A stretch of 64,000 bases of DNA from NCBI GenBank assembly GCA_964560525.1, contig CAZLLO010000001.1, positions 6,656 to 70,655 on the forward strand, given 5' to 3'. Both the position numbers and the translations under genes were made by a program. The stretch's first letter is position 1. Each line of letters begins with the position of its first letter. Below the pieces are notes generated by a model that worked only from the letters and a program-made list of their open reading frames with translations, ran no database searches and was not told the origin of the DNA. Below are positions 19,182-29,575 of the stretch, one piece after another. The stretch comes from an uncultured Candidatus Saccharibacteria bacterium (GTDB taxonomy: Bacteria; Patescibacteriota; Dojkabacteria; SC72).

Positions 19182-20030
19182 TTACTCTGGGAATAAATCA
19201 TCCTTTAATCTCTTACTAAACCTGCCCGCGTTTAAAGCTCTTTCCTTTAGTTCAACTTTAGCAGATTCCGATATCTTCATAAAATGTCTAAACATTTCTA
19301 AAGTATGTTGGTATGTTTCTTCTGTCCCATGGAATTTGGCCAAAACAGCAAATTGCATGATTACAGAAGTAGGAATCCAAAAATTCGTAGGTATTTTCTC
19401 CTCTGAAGTATAGTCACCATAATAGGCTGGTATTGATGTTTTTCCTTCGAGGATTGCTAAGAGTGATCGTCTATTTCCATCTTGGACAATATAGCTATCA
19501 ACACCATCCTTTGGTAACACAAATACAATAATTGGAGATTTATCTTTGTCAAAACTCTCTTCTCTTGACTGTTGAAATTCTTTCCTCCATCTATCTGCTA
19601 TCTCTTGATTCTCAGGTGCGTTAAAGAATTCTCTTACCTCTTCCATATTGGAATTTTTACCTTCAAAGTATGGAGATATGAAGGACAAATCTGTACCAAC
19701 TAAAAGATTTCCATCTAAAGGAAAGTCATCTCTTAATTTCCAAGTAATATTTTCTGCTGTTAGTACTTCCAAGAAATGTTCCTTTAGTTTGAATCCCATG
19801 GCCATTCCATGAAATCCATTCCAAAATTGTCTTAATGGCATAATATTATCTTTTTCTGAATACCATTTCTCCACGCTTGAATCTATTTGACTCCATGCTT
19901 CAGGTTCTTTAACATCTGGAAGATATTTCTTAAACTCTCTTCTGAGGTATGTTGTAGCAATGTCTATCCTTATGCGGTCGTAGATATGTTTTGGATAGTT
20001 ACCGTCTTTCTCGTATGGTATTTTACTCAT
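19182..20030 (-). CDS. Hypothetical protein with ParB/Srx-like motif
   Basis: PIIVF...YIVQDGNRRSL...GKTSIPAY resembles the ParB/sulfiredoxin DGxxR signature. Confidence 0.6.
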   Translation of the reverse strand: MSKIPYEKDGNYPKHIYDRIRIDIATTYLRREFKKYLPDVKEPEAWSQIDSSVEKWYSEKDNIMPLRQFWNGFHGMAMGFKLKEHFLEVLTAENITWKLRDDFPLDGNLLVGTDLSFISPYFEGKNSNMEEVREFFNAPENQEIADRWRKEFQQSREESFDKDKSPIIVFVLPKDGVDSYIVQDGNRRSLLAILEGKTSIPAYYGDYTSEEKIPTNFWIPTSVIMQFAVLAKFHGTEETYQHTLEMFRHFMKISESAKVELKERALNAGRFSKRLKDDLFPE

Positions 20031-20112
20031 AAATATATTCCACTATATTATTATTTTAATTTTATCACATCTAGTATTTCTCTAATTCTTTTTTCATGAT
20101 AATATACAGACT

Positions 20113-20766
20113 ATGTTAGCCACACTAATAGACTTCATAATACATATAGATGTACACCTTACAGAGCTAGTAGCTCAAACAGGCCCATTGGTATATATCA
20201 TTCTCTTTGGAGTACTCTTTGTAGAAACTGGCGTTGTCGTATTTCCATTTTTACCAGGCGATTCCCTCCTATTTGCAGCAGGTGCGTTGTCTGCCATTGG
20301 AGCTATGAATATATATGTATTGCTCATTTCTTGTATTGTTGCAGCATTCCTTGGGGATACTGTTAATTATTGGATTGGAAGATATATTGGTCCTAAGGCT
20401 TTTAGTGTAGATAGATGGTTCTTGAAAAAGGCATATTTAGAAAAGGCTAAAGCTTTTTTTGACAAGCATGGTGTTAAATCAATTGTATTAGCAAGATTTG
20501 TCCCAATAGTTAGGACTTTTGCTCCATTCATAGCAGGTATAAGTGAGATGAAATATTCTACTTTCATTCTCTACAACCTTATTGGTGGTGCTTCATGGGT
20601 TATTCTTTTTCTCTTGGGTGGTTTCTTTTTTGGTAATATACCCATAATTCAAAAGAACTTTGAAATTGTTGTATTCGCTATTATTGGTATTTCTGTAATA
20701 CCTATGATTTTTGAATTTGTAAAAGAAAGTAAATTTGGGAAGAAGCTTTTCAAAAAGAAAGATTAA
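20113..20766 (+). CDS. dedA: DedA family membrane protein
   Basis: ETG...FLPGDSLLFAAG, GDTVNYWIGR, ARFVPIVRTFAPF. Confidence 0.95.
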   Translation: MLATLIDFIIHIDVHLTELVAQTGPLVYIILFGVLFVETGVVVFPFLPGDSLLFAAGALSAIGAMNIYVLLISCIVAAFLGDTVNYWIGRYIGPKAFSVDRWFLKKAYLEKAKAFFDKHGVKSIVLARFVPIVRTFAPFIAGISEMKYSTFILYNLIGGASWVILFLLGGFFFGNIPIIQKNFEIVVFAIIGISVIPMIFEFVKESKFGKKLFKKKD

Positions 20767-20770
20767 ATAT

Positions 20771-20799
20771 TTGATTTCCCAAAATCAAAATAATATAAT
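20771..20799 (+). promoter_or_regulatory. Sigma70-like promoter
   Basis: TTGATT (20771-76), 17-bp spacer, TATAAT (20794-99). Confidence 0.65.
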
Positions 20800-20805
20800 T
20801 AGCTA

Positions 20806-20866
20806 TCACGATGACCGAGTTAAGTGGCCTAAGGTTTCGACCGAACGCTGATCTCGGTCCTTTTGT
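20806..20866 (+). ncRNA. Candidate ~60-nt structured small RNA or leader (family not recognised)
   Basis: GC-rich island; GACCGAG/CTCGGTC closing stem, AGTG/CGCT, GGT-TTCG-ACC apical hairpin, then a T-tract. Confidence 0.5.
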
Positions 20867-20913
20867 TTCTCTCAAAGATATCTCCATTCATATTATTCTG
20901 GTATTATTACTCT

Positions 20914-21345
20914 ATGAATATAAAGATAAAGAGGTTTGATAAATCACTCCCTATACCTGAATACAAGACTCAAGGTGCTGCTGCGTTTGATCTCTATTCT
21001 AGAGAGGATGTAACTGTTAATCCTGGTGAGGTTGTATTGATTCCGTTGAATATAGCTATGGAGATTCCTAAGGGATATTTTGTATTACTTGTTAACAGGA
21101 GTTCTACATTTAAATTAGGTATTACGTGTGCTAATGGTTTAGGTATTGGGGATAGTGATTATTGTGGAGATAATGATGAGTATAAGTTCCCTGCGTTAAA
21201 CTATACCAAGGATATTGTTACTATTGAGAAGGGTACTAGGTGTTGTCAGATGTTAATACTACCTGTAGAACAGGTTAATATACATGAAGTAGAACATTTA
21301 GAGAATACTGATAGAGGGGGATTCGGAAGTACAGGGAATAAGTAA
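20914..21345 (+). CDS. dut: dUTP diphosphatase (trimeric dUTPase)
   Basis: GAAAFDL, RSS, GIGDSDYCG, Q, RGGFGSTG motifs; ATG at 20914. Confidence 0.93.
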   Translation: MNIKIKRFDKSLPIPEYKTQGAAAFDLYSREDVTVNPGEVVLIPLNIAMEIPKGYFVLLVNRSSTFKLGITCANGLGIGDSDYCGDNDEYKFPALNYTKDIVTIEKGTRCCQMLILPVEQVNIHEVEHLENTDRGGFGSTGNK

Positions 21346-22290
21346 TTAACTTTTTAAATAATCTTCCTCGAAACCCATTATAGGCGGCACAATGCTATCT
21401 CCATTCCCCATATTGGCCCAATTAATTTGTGGTGGAATATATTCTGGTATTCTGTAATTTGTTAACTCATTACAATCCTCCTCGGTCATTTCGAAATGCA
21501 TTGCTTCCCAATTTTCTCGAATATGATTTTCTGATGTAGAAAAAACTTCAGGTTTAAATCCCAAACTCTTCATCCAATTTAATACTATTTGGTTTTGTGT
21601 TTTTCCATATTTTTTACTTAATCTAACCAACGGTTCCCAATCATGAGTAATTGTCATTCCCTGTCTTAGAGGTCTCCATATTATGGTTTGAATATCTAAA
21701 TCATTGCATAAGTCAAAAATCCCTTCATCCTGGCACAATCTTATTTCGAAACTAATATGTGTCTCATGAGCAAACAAATTATCTTTAAATTCTTCTTTAA
21801 ATTTCTTAATTAATTCTTTATTCGCATTTGACAAGCTAATATACCTAGTTCTATTAGCTCGTATAAGTTCCCACAATTTCTCTACAACAACATCATATCC
21901 AAATTTAACAACTAAAGATTGTGTTACAAGTGTTGAATCAAAATAGTTAGTATCAAATAGCTGATACATATCCTCGATATCTTTTTCTAATGCAGAAAAA
22001 TCATCTAAATCTCTTGGGTATAACGAATTAGTGATAAATATATCCTCTCTATTAATATCGGATTCTCTAATAGCTCTTGCTAATAATTCAGCAGATTTGC
22101 CATGCCCATAACCCAAAGAAATTTCTGTAAAGTTGTATCCCATTTTTAAGCTTGTGATCAAAGCATTTACACATACTTCATCTCCCTTTATATCCTTCAA
22201 ATCAATATCTCTATGCCCACGCCCTCCAACGCCATAAGTTCCAATACCAATAGGAGAAAGATCTTTCCCTGAAATAGTAGTTACTTTCAT
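21346..22290 (-). CDS. Aldo/keto reductase family protein (divergent)
   Basis: SPIGIGTYGVGG, YG.G.SAELLA, WRPL, KYGKTQNQIVLNW, HIRENW. Confidence 0.8.
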   Translation of the reverse strand: MKVTTISGKDLSPIGIGTYGVGGRGHRDIDLKDIKGDEVCVNALITSLKMGYNFTEISLGYGHGKSAELLARAIRESDINREDIFITNSLYPRDLDDFSALEKDIEDMYQLFDTNYFDSTLVTQSLVVKFGYDVVVEKLWELIRANRTRYISLSNANKELIKKFKEEFKDNLFAHETHISFEIRLCQDEGIFDLCNDLDIQTIIWRPLRQGMTITHDWEPLVRLSKKYGKTQNQIVLNWMKSLGFKPEVFSTSENHIRENWEAMHFEMTEEDCNELTNYRIPEYIPPQINWANMGNGDSIVPPIMGFEEDYLKS

Positions 22291-22295
22291 AATTG

Positions 22296-22730
22296 TTAGA
22301 ACATAAATTTAGGTTTCTTAAATGGCCATACACTCATTATCCATTCTTTAACCTTCTCCATTACTTCTTTCTCCATATTAGAATATTTATTTCTAATCCA
22401 CATATCTATTTCTACATCATATTCCATATCATCACATGGATACATATACAAACATCCTAAACATTCATCTCTACTGTTATTCAATATTGTATATGTAAAT
22501 GATGCTCGTTTTTGAAATTCTTTTTGATGATATCCCAAATCAACATTATTCTGATACAAGGTATGGTTTGGATATAGAGGATAACCATTCTCATCTAACA
22601 TATCCATAACTGCGGCATAGTCCATCTCAGAAATATCTATGGTTAATGGCAGGAGGATACAATTTGTAAGGACTAATTCCTGTGGTATTTCAAAGGTATC
22701 TGGTATTATTGGTTTTCTATACATTGCCAT
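22296..22730 (-). CDS. GNAT-like hypothetical protein
   Basis: DYAAVM...DL.YHQKEFQKRASFTYTIL..CLGCLYMYP...WPF. Confidence 0.6.
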   Translation of the reverse strand: MAMYRKPIIPDTFEIPQELVLTNCILLPLTIDISEMDYAAVMDMLDENGYPLYPNHTLYQNNVDLGYHQKEFQKRASFTYTILNNSRDECLGCLYMYPCDDMEYDVEIDMWIRNKYSNMEKEVMEKVKEWIMSVWPFKKPKFMF

Positions 22731-22732
22731 GG

Positions 22733-22852
22733 CTATATATTACAACAATCTAATATCTTTCGTATATCCTCCTCCACACTTTCCTTACACAAATGAAAAA
22801 ATCCAAACCTGGTATCTAATTGGTTAGATATAATCTCATTCATAATTAAATA
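22733..22852 (-). pseudogene. Orphan duplicate of the 3' end of the gene at 26593-27057
   Basis: 22766-22852 is 79/87 identical to 26620-26706; translates YLIMNEIISNQLDTRFGFFHLCKESVEEDIRKILDCCNI*. Confidence 0.88.
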
Positions 22853-22859
22853 CAAGCAC

Positions 22860-24521
22860 CTATTTTACTATTTTTTTGCCAACTTTATTATTCCTCTCTG
22901 TTAACAAAACCAAACATATTGGTATAGTAATAACCATATTGAAATTAAATAATCTATAATCATTCCCAGATAACAAAAGCATAGTTCCAAGATCATACAC
23001 TAACGCAGGAACGACAAGCATCAGAACTCTAAAACCATGCTTGTAAAGTGCAAATAGACAAACGAGCATTAAGGCTAGAATTTGAGCACCAATTGATTTA
23101 AATACAAAATTCAAAACAGGAAGATTTGAAGCTGTATTCATGACTAAAACAAAAGCATCCCCTATCTTTGTATATATTGTATCTACATGTTTGTATCCAA
23201 TACTCTTTTTGGGAGTGATACCAACGTTTACATGTGCATTTGGACTCCCCTTTGTAGACCAAACAATACTTGTAAGACTCCTAACTGCAATCAAAGAATC
23301 TTTAGGGTCTGATTTTATAGTATTAAAAACCATACTACCAAATTTAGACAAAGGTACACTTTCAACAACCTTGTTAGTTGGTGCATGGGACTTTATTGAA
23401 TTGTAATTACCAAGGGAGTAAGTGCTTTGCCAAAGTTCATCAGAAGCTATTTCATTCATAAAAGCTTTGGTCTCAGACGTTAATGCTGAAGGATTTTTCT
23501 TCATCACATCGCTGAGTATAGTCATTGGTAGACCTACAGACTCACCATATGTATTATGCGGATATTCTACCTTTAAGAAAGAATACAGCGGACCCTTGAT
23601 AAGAACAAATACTGAGGCTGTAATAAATAATAATATTATGATTTTCTTAACCTGTTTGAAATATAGTATACATACCAGGATAAGTAATGGAATTGTATAA
23701 AAAAGCGCATTATGTCGGATGATTGTTGTTAATGCTACACATACACCAAACCATATAACATTAGAAGATTTCCTCAACCATTCCCCATGGCTTAGGTATA
23801 TATCAATACTTCCGACAAGAAGAATCAACACGAAAATAGTTAGTGCCGTATCTTTCCAGGCATACATCATAATATTCCTCGTGAATGGATTTAGAATTAT
23901 TAGAAATTCGACTATTACTAATAATACTTTTGAGAAACCCCAAGATCTTAGAGTAGATATCAAATATCCTACCCCGAGACTGAATATTACAATCTGTAAG
24001 AATATTACAAAAGTATAATTATTATATATTCGTGTTGCTAGATATATTAAAAAGGTATGTAATACTGGGTGCCAATCATTAAATGTAAAGCTTTGAACCT
24101 GTAACCATTGGTTCGCATTGTCGGGTGAGATTCCACCAGGATAATATGCCAATAACGTAATTGCTAAGATGATAAAACATATTAAAAAAGATACGAAGAA
24201 GAATCTCATATCTAACTTCTCCTGCAAACTATTTATCTTAATATGTTTGTCCTTAAGCTTAGAGCACAAAAATATTAAGACATTAAAAGCAAGTATCATG
24301 TACAAAAAGGAAAGCCCCCCCATTACCAAGACTTCTACAATTGAGAAAGAACCTTCAAAATATACTGTAAACCTTGTAAACACAATATATCCCGACAAAA
24401 GGATTCCTAGAACAATAAAAACTATCTTCCTCCACTTAGAAAGTCCTTCTACGGAAAGCTTTAAGAAGTTTTTGTATCTCAACCAAAGATTTTTAATATT
24501 AAGAAGATTTTCTTTCTTCAT
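22860..24521 (-). CDS. Polytopic membrane protein, DUF6020-like (putative GT-C glycosyltransferase)
   Basis: [11 protein letters not shown]...[18 protein letters not shown] motifs; many TMs. Confidence 0.7.
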   Translation of the reverse strand: MKKENLLNIKNLWLRYKNFLKLSVEGLSKWRKIVFIVLGILLSGYIVFTRFTVYFEGSFSIVEVLVMGGLSFLYMILAFNVLIFLCSKLKDKHIKINSLQEKLDMRFFFVSFLICFIILAITLLAYYPGGISPDNANQWLQVQSFTFNDWHPVLHTFLIYLATRIYNNYTFVIFLQIVIFSLGVGYLISTLRSWGFSKVLLVIVEFLIILNPFTRNIMMYAWKDTALTIFVLILLVGSIDIYLSHGEWLRKSSNVIWFGVCVALTTIIRHNALFYTIPLLILVCILYFKQVKKIIILLFITASVFVLIKGPLYSFLKVEYPHNTYGESVGLPMTILSDVMKKNPSALTSETKAFMNEIASDELWQSTYSLGNYNSIKSHAPTNKVVESVPLSKFGSMVFNTIKSDPKDSLIAVRSLTSIVWSTKGSPNAHVNVGITPKKSIGYKHVDTIYTKIGDAFVLVMNTASNLPVLNFVFKSIGAQILALMLVCLFALYKHGFRVLMLVVPALVYDLGTMLLLSGNDYRLFNFNMVITIPICLVLLTERNNKVGKKIVK

Positions 24522-26073
24522 GGTATTCTTCCTCAGTATTAACGTTCCAAATAACAGATTTATCCTTTAAATTATTTTTTATTACTTTAACTGTTTCAAT
24601 TGCCGTTAGCATAGAATGATCGGTATTATTATACCTATGCTGCCCATTTCTTCCAATACAATACAGGTTATCGATAGTATTTAAGTAATCCTTAACCTTA
24701 TCAAATTCTTCATACGTACCAAAGTATGCAGGATATACTTTCTTCATTCTGATATATGTTGAATCAAGCACATCCTGTTCTTCTATAACATCAATTTTGA
24801 CTAATTCGCGAATAGCAAACCTAATAAATTCTTTTTCTGGTGTGTTCCACATTTCATCTCCTTCATCACAAAAATATTCTAAACCAACCCAGACAGTATT
24901 TTCATTATCTTGGACCATATATGGAGACCAATTATTAAAAATCTGTAATCTCCCAATTTTCACATCTCTTTCTTGTATATATATCCACGTATCTGGGACA
25001 ATGTTCCCTACTGTTTTAATATTTGTTTCATTCTTTATTTTTAGCTTTTTCAAAAGTAGTCCGACAGTAATAAAGCTTCTATATGGTAAATTAGTAGCTA
25101 TCTTTTTTACATCCTTAGGGATATCGTCACCCATCGCATCAACCAAATCTTTAATTGGCATGCTTGAAAAGAAGAAATCTCCATTTGTACTAGTGATATT
25201 TCCTTTAACATTTCTTGATTCTACACCTGAAATTTTATTACCTACACAGTTTATTTTCGTAACACTGGAATCAAGGTGTATTTCCCCTCCCATTTTCCTT
25301 ATCTCCTCAGCCATAGTTTCCCACAACTGTCCTGGACCTTTCTTAGGATAGAAGAATTGCTCAATAAGGGATGTTTCCTTACTCTGATAATCTTTTTTAA
25401 ATATTTTTAACAATACTTCTTTTACCGCTTGCATTAACGATAGTCCTTTTATACGTTGCGCCCCCCAACTTGGAGAAATATTTCTAGGATGTACTCCCCA
25501 AAGCTTCTCTGTATAATCTTCAAAGAACATAGCATATAATGGTTTTCCAAAGCGATTAATAAAAAAATCCTCCAATGAATTTTCTTTTCTTTTATTAATA
25601 ACAGAAAGTATGTATCCAAAACCTGCTTTCATTGTTCTAATCAAACCCATATTTTTAAATGTTTGTAACTTCATAGATATTGGATAATCAAAGAACTTTC
25701 TTAAAAAGAATATTCTAGATATACGATTTCTTATGAGCATTACCCTATCTACTTTCTCTGGATCTGGTCCATCTTTCACCAAAGGTTTCTTAATACCAAG
25801 TTTTTTATCGTCTTTTGAGGATTTCCCCTGTAATGGCATTATTTCATTCCATAGATCTGTAACTTCCTTACTCTTGGAAAAGAATCTGTGGCCACCAATA
25901 TCAATCCTATTCCCTTTGTATATCGCCGTACGAGAGATACCACCGATATAGTTGGTTTCTTCTAATATGATTGGTTTGATATCTGTTTCTTTTAGCAATT
26001 GATATGCTGCTGTTAATCCCGCAGGTCCTGCACCTATGATTATTGCTTTCCTTTGATGTTTTTTCTCTTTCAT
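24499..26073 (-). CDS. FAD-dependent oxidoreductase (UDP-galactopyranose mutase/protoporphyrinogen oxidase-like)
   Basis: [47 protein letters not shown]. Confidence 0.85.
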   Translation of the reverse strand: MKEKKHQRKAIIIGAGPAGLTAAYQLLKETDIKPIILEETNYIGGISRTAIYKGNRIDIGGHRFFSKSKEVTDLWNEIMPLQGKSSKDDKKLGIKKPLVKDGPDPEKVDRVMLIRNRISRIFFLRKFFDYPISMKLQTFKNMGLIRTMKAGFGYILSVINKRKENSLEDFFINRFGKPLYAMFFEDYTEKLWGVHPRNISPSWGAQRIKGLSLMQAVKEVLLKIFKKDYQSKETSLIEQFFYPKKGPGQLWETMAEEIRKMGGEIHLDSSVTKINCVGNKISGVESRNVKGNITSTNGDFFFSSMPIKDLVDAMGDDIPKDVKKIATNLPYRSFITVGLLLKKLKIKNETNIKTVGNIVPDTWIYIQERDVKIGRLQIFNNWSPYMVQDNENTVWVGLEYFCDEGDEMWNTPEKEFIRFAIRELVKIDVIEEQDVLDSTYIRMKKVYPAYFGTYEEFDKVKDYLNTIDNLYCIGRNGQHRYNNTDHSMLTAIETVKVIKNNLKDKSVIWNVNTEEEYHEERKSS

Positions 26074-26091
26074 TATTAAGATATAAAAATA

Positions 26092-26529
26092 TTATTTGAA
26101 TATGAAGATTTTGCGACCAATATAATTCCAAAGTAATACTACTCCTGCAATAAAGATTTTAACGACAATATAGAATTCAGTACCAAAAATTTTAATACCA
26201 AAATACATACCTAATTCAGTCATCAATAATCCGATAACACCGATAATAGAAAATATTACAAATGATTTGAATTGCTTCCCATTTACTTTGTCATTTCCTT
26301 TTTTAAATACAAAGATTAGAGATAAGATGTAGTTGAAAGTTAACCCTGCTACAAAGCCTAATGCTGTAGATATTAGTATCCCAGTTTTTCCAAGGTCATG
26401 AAAGATAAATTCCCTTGCCAAAACCAATACCCCCGTATCAATAAGGAACGCAGAACCACCTACTAATAAATATCTGGCAAATTCTTTTGCTAGTTCTATA
26501 TATTTTGTCTTTTTAATTTCATCTATCAT
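26092..26529 (-). CDS. gtrA: GtrA family flippase-like protein
   Basis: RYLLVGG.AF.ID, FNYILS.IFVF, WNY.GRK.FIF; four TMs. Confidence 0.9.
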   Translation of the reverse strand: MIDEIKKTKYIELAKEFARYLLVGGSAFLIDTGVLVLAREFIFHDLGKTGILISTALGFVAGLTFNYILSLIFVFKKGNDKVNGKQFKSFVIFSIIGVIGLLMTELGMYFGIKIFGTEFYIVVKIFIAGVVLLWNYIGRKIFIFK

Positions 26530-26592
26530 TAGAATTTTTCAATTTTCCATGATACCTCCCTGTACCAACGAAATCAAATAAGGCAAGAAACG

Positions 26593-27057
26593 TCATAGAC
26601 TAAATATTAAACAACCAAGATCCTCCTCCACTCTTTCCTTACACAAATGAAAGAAACCAAACCTAGTATCTAATTGATTATTAATAATCTCATTCATAAT
26701 TAAATATGCAGACCTATTACAAGGCCCATTAGTTGTACTTGTATATCTGTAAAATGTATTAGGTAATACAATATCTAGATTAGAAGCATATTCCTCTGTA
26801 CCATCATTAATAATAATTCTTCTTCCATACCTATTAACATACTTAGGATCATATCTAGATCTTTTGGCATTCCTATTATTATCTGCTATCCCTATAACAT
26901 ACCTATACTTTGGTATCTGTTCTAACAGTTTCTTTGTTGAAAATGTACCTGGTACGAATAGTTTATCTATACCGTACTTCTCAGCATCCAATTCATACAA
27001 TACTTTTGAGCTTCTACGTGTGTAGTTGAAAAATGTATAGAGGAGAATGCTATTCAT
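26593..27057 (-). CDS. Pyroglutamyl-peptidase (C15)-like hypothetical protein
   Basis: GPCNRSAY and FGFFHL resemble the C15 catalytic Cys and His contexts; start at ATG 27057 overlaps the xth stop. Confidence 0.5.
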   Translation of the reverse strand: MNSILLYTFFNYTRRSSKVLYELDAEKYGIDKLFVPGTFSTKKLLEQIPKYRYVIGIADNNRNAKRSRYDPKYVNRYGRRIIINDGTEEYASNLDIVLPNTFYRYTSTTNGPCNRSAYLIMNEIINNQLDTRFGFFHLCKERVEEDLGCLIFSL

Positions 27058-27814
27058 TCCCCACCTCCACCCATATGGGACAATGATCAGATCCATATAC
27101 CTCCTTTAATATTCCAGCCCCCTTTATATCCTTTTCTATGTTCTTAGATACTAGGAAGTAATCAAACCTCCATCCATTGTTCTTCTCTCTCTTAGGATCC
27201 CTCATATGCCACCAAGAATAATACCCACTACCCTTCTGAAACATTCTAAAAGAATCTACCATACCAATATCCAACATATCATCAAACCATCTTCTTTCCT
27301 CTGGTAAAAATCCAGACATCTTACAATCCTTAAGATACATATCATCATGAGTATGGCCTACATTTAAATCACCTCCTACTATTACCTTCTCGCCATTCTC
27401 AATCATGGGTTTAACTAATTTAAGAATCTCATCATAGTATTGGAGTTTAAATTTCAACCTTGATTCAGATGAATTACCATTGGGAGTATAGAAATTGAAT
27501 ATGGTTATATCCCTTACTTTGATTTTAATAACCCGACCCTCGGTTTCTAGTATTTCATTTCCTACCTTGTTGGTTATTTCTTTTACATCTAATGTATTTT
27601 TGTAATACATTGCAGTTCCTGCATACCCTGGTCTACCCGAATCATTGAATAGTGTTGAATACCCATCTACAAATTTGAGAAAAAATGATAACTGGTCTTC
27701 AGTTGCCCTTAGTTCTTGTATCCCCACAATATCTGGTTGATAGTCTTTAAGAAATTGGAGATATTTATCTTCATATGACCTTAGGCTATTTACATTCCAA
27801 GAATATATTTTCAT
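27050..27814 (-). CDS. xth: Exodeoxyribonuclease III
   Basis: SWNVNS, QE, GYAGTA, EGR, YTPNG, GDLNV, WRFDYF, SDHCP. Confidence 0.95.
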   Translation of the reverse strand: MKIYSWNVNSLRSYEDKYLQFLKDYQPDIVGIQELRATEDQLSFFLKFVDGYSTLFNDSGRPGYAGTAMYYKNTLDVKEITNKVGNEILETEGRVIKIKVRDITIFNFYTPNGNSSESRLKFKLQYYDEILKLVKPMIENGEKVIVGGDLNVGHTHDDMYLKDCKMSGFLPEERRWFDDMLDIGMVDSFRMFQKGSGYYSWWHMRDPKREKNNGWRFDYFLVSKNIEKDIKGAGILKEVYGSDHCPIWVEVGNE

Positions 27815-27879
27815 TCCTAATTATATCAGTTTCTTTTCTTCTCTTTTACTTGTCATTAAGGTAAGAGATATAATGGAGG

Positions 27880-28986
27880 ATGTTTCAATCAGAAATCTTT
27901 AAAGACAGACCTACATACGCAGAGATATCACTACCAAACCTTGAACATAATATATCCGTAATTAAGAATATCATTGGTAATACCAAGATCATGGGCATAG
28001 TTAAAGCCAATGCATATGGACATGGATTAGTAGAAATATCAAAGAAATTACAAAACCTAAATATTGATTACTTGGGTGTAGCCTTCATAGAAGAAGCAGT
28101 ATATCTTAGAGAAAATGGTATTACTACACCTATCCTTGTACTTGGTGCTGTAGACAATTCTCAGATTAAGCTATTTTTGAAACATGATATCGATATTACA
28201 GGAGCGTCTATTGAAAAATTAGAACAGATATCTCAGATAGCAGGAGAATTAAAACTTAAGGGTAAAGTACATCTCAAGATAGATACTGGTATGGGAAGGA
28301 TCGGAGTACAGTGGGATAGGAATAAAGAATTCATAGACAAGGCATTTACACTTCCCAATATTGATATTGTTGGGATATTTTCTCATTTTGCTAATTCTAA
28401 AGAAGATGTTGAATATACCCAAGAACAACTTAAACGATTTAATGCTGTGCTTGATTATATAGAGGAGAAATATTACTTGCCTCCTTTAATACATTTGGCT
28501 AATTCTGGAGCCATATCAAACAATTTAAAAGATTCTTTCTTTGACATGGTTAGACCTGGTCTTCTGATGTATGGGTATTCGTACAATCCTGAGATACAGA
28601 AGCTTCTTAAACCTGTTATGTCTTTTAAAACAGAGGTGTCATATTTTAAGGTGTTAGATGCTAATGAGAGTATTGGATATGATAGAACATATATTACGAA
28701 AGAAAGGACTCGTATTGTTACTATACCTGTGGGATATGCTGATGGATATCCTAAGAATAATGGAGAGGTATATATCAATGGTAAGAGATATCCTGTGGTT
28801 GGGAGGGTGTGTATGGATCAGGCTATGGTAGATATTGGTAATGAAGGAGAGGCGTATGTTGGGGATATGGTGGAACTTTGGGGAGAGAATATATCACTTT
28901 TTGATGTATCTGTATCTACAGGGAGATCTCTTCATGAGTTAATGTCTGGTATTGGAGAGAGGGTTCCTAGGAGATATCTTGATTAA
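27880..28986 (+). CDS. alr: Alanine racemase
   Basis: VKANAYGHG, HLKIDTGMGRIG, SHF, HLANSG, RPG, GYADG, GRVCMDQ. Confidence 0.96.
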   Translation: MFQSEIFKDRPTYAEISLPNLEHNISVIKNIIGNTKIMGIVKANAYGHGLVEISKKLQNLNIDYLGVAFIEEAVYLRENGITTPILVLGAVDNSQIKLFLKHDIDITGASIEKLEQISQIAGELKLKGKVHLKIDTGMGRIGVQWDRNKEFIDKAFTLPNIDIVGIFSHFANSKEDVEYTQEQLKRFNAVLDYIEEKYYLPPLIHLANSGAISNNLKDSFFDMVRPGLLMYGYSYNPEIQKLLKPVMSFKTEVSYFKVLDANESIGYDRTYITKERTRIVTIPVGYADGYPKNNGEVYINGKRYPVVGRVCMDQAMVDIGNEGEAYVGDMVELWGENISLFDVSVSTGRSLHELMSGIGERVPRRYLD

Positions 28987-29488
28987 TTTCCACTTGGGGT
29001 ATGTTGCTTCTCTGTTCAACTTCTCTCATTATACTAAGAACTCTTTGAGTGACATCTTCTGGGTATAGTGGGTCTTCTCCAAATTGTTGACCATCATGTG
29101 CATTAGCAGCTGCACATAGGAGGTCATACAAAAAAGAAAAGCTTTCTTCCTGAGAAACACCACCTTCTTTCATCATCAATGAGGTATTCCTAATTACATC
29201 ATCTTCTGGTAATTGATTACTTGGATATCGTATATCTCCTATGCTTTCTTGTGGATATGCAGAGAGGTTAAAGAAACCATACACTACTTCTAGTCTTCCA
29301 GTTCTCCATAGTTCATGTATATATTGAGTTTTTTTGTCTGGACAATCATAGAACAATGCACAAAGACATTGTGGTTCAAATTCGGCTATTGCTTTTCTTT
29401 TTATGGGGTTTTTGAAAAAGGTGAATCCACTTACATATGCCTCTGGGGAGTGAGAGTTATTTAACTCTTGTACCACTTTGTTAGACAT
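28967..29488 (-). CDS. Hypothetical protein
   Basis: 173-aa ORF with TATAAT 6 nt upstream; no motif recognised. Confidence 0.6.
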   Translation of the reverse strand: MSNKVVQELNNSHSPEAYVSGFTFFKNPIKRKAIAEFEPQCLCALFYDCPDKKTQYIHELWRTGRLEVVYGFFNLSAYPQESIGDIRYPSNQLPEDDVIRNTSLMMKEGGVSQEESFSFLYDLLCAAANAHDGQQFGEDPLYPEDVTQRVLSIMREVEQRSNIPQVEINQDIS

Positions 29489-29575
29489 ATAGATATTATA
29501 CTAGAATCCAAGAAACATTTAAATACCAAGGTTATTTCTTTTAAATTTTGTTGCTTTGATCAGAGGTGAGAGTCT

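Noticed and set aside
20806-20866. Fluoride riboswitch, SRP RNA or hammerhead ribozyme identity for the structured element
   Set aside because: Only partial motif similarity (GAUG...GCUGAU); it lacks the fluoride AAAC/UAC, SRP CAGG/AGCA/GGAA and hammerhead CUGANGA/GAAA cores.
22766-26706. Diversity-generating retroelement TR/VR pair
   Set aside because: The 8 mismatches are not confined to adenines on either strand of either copy, and no reverse transcriptase is present.
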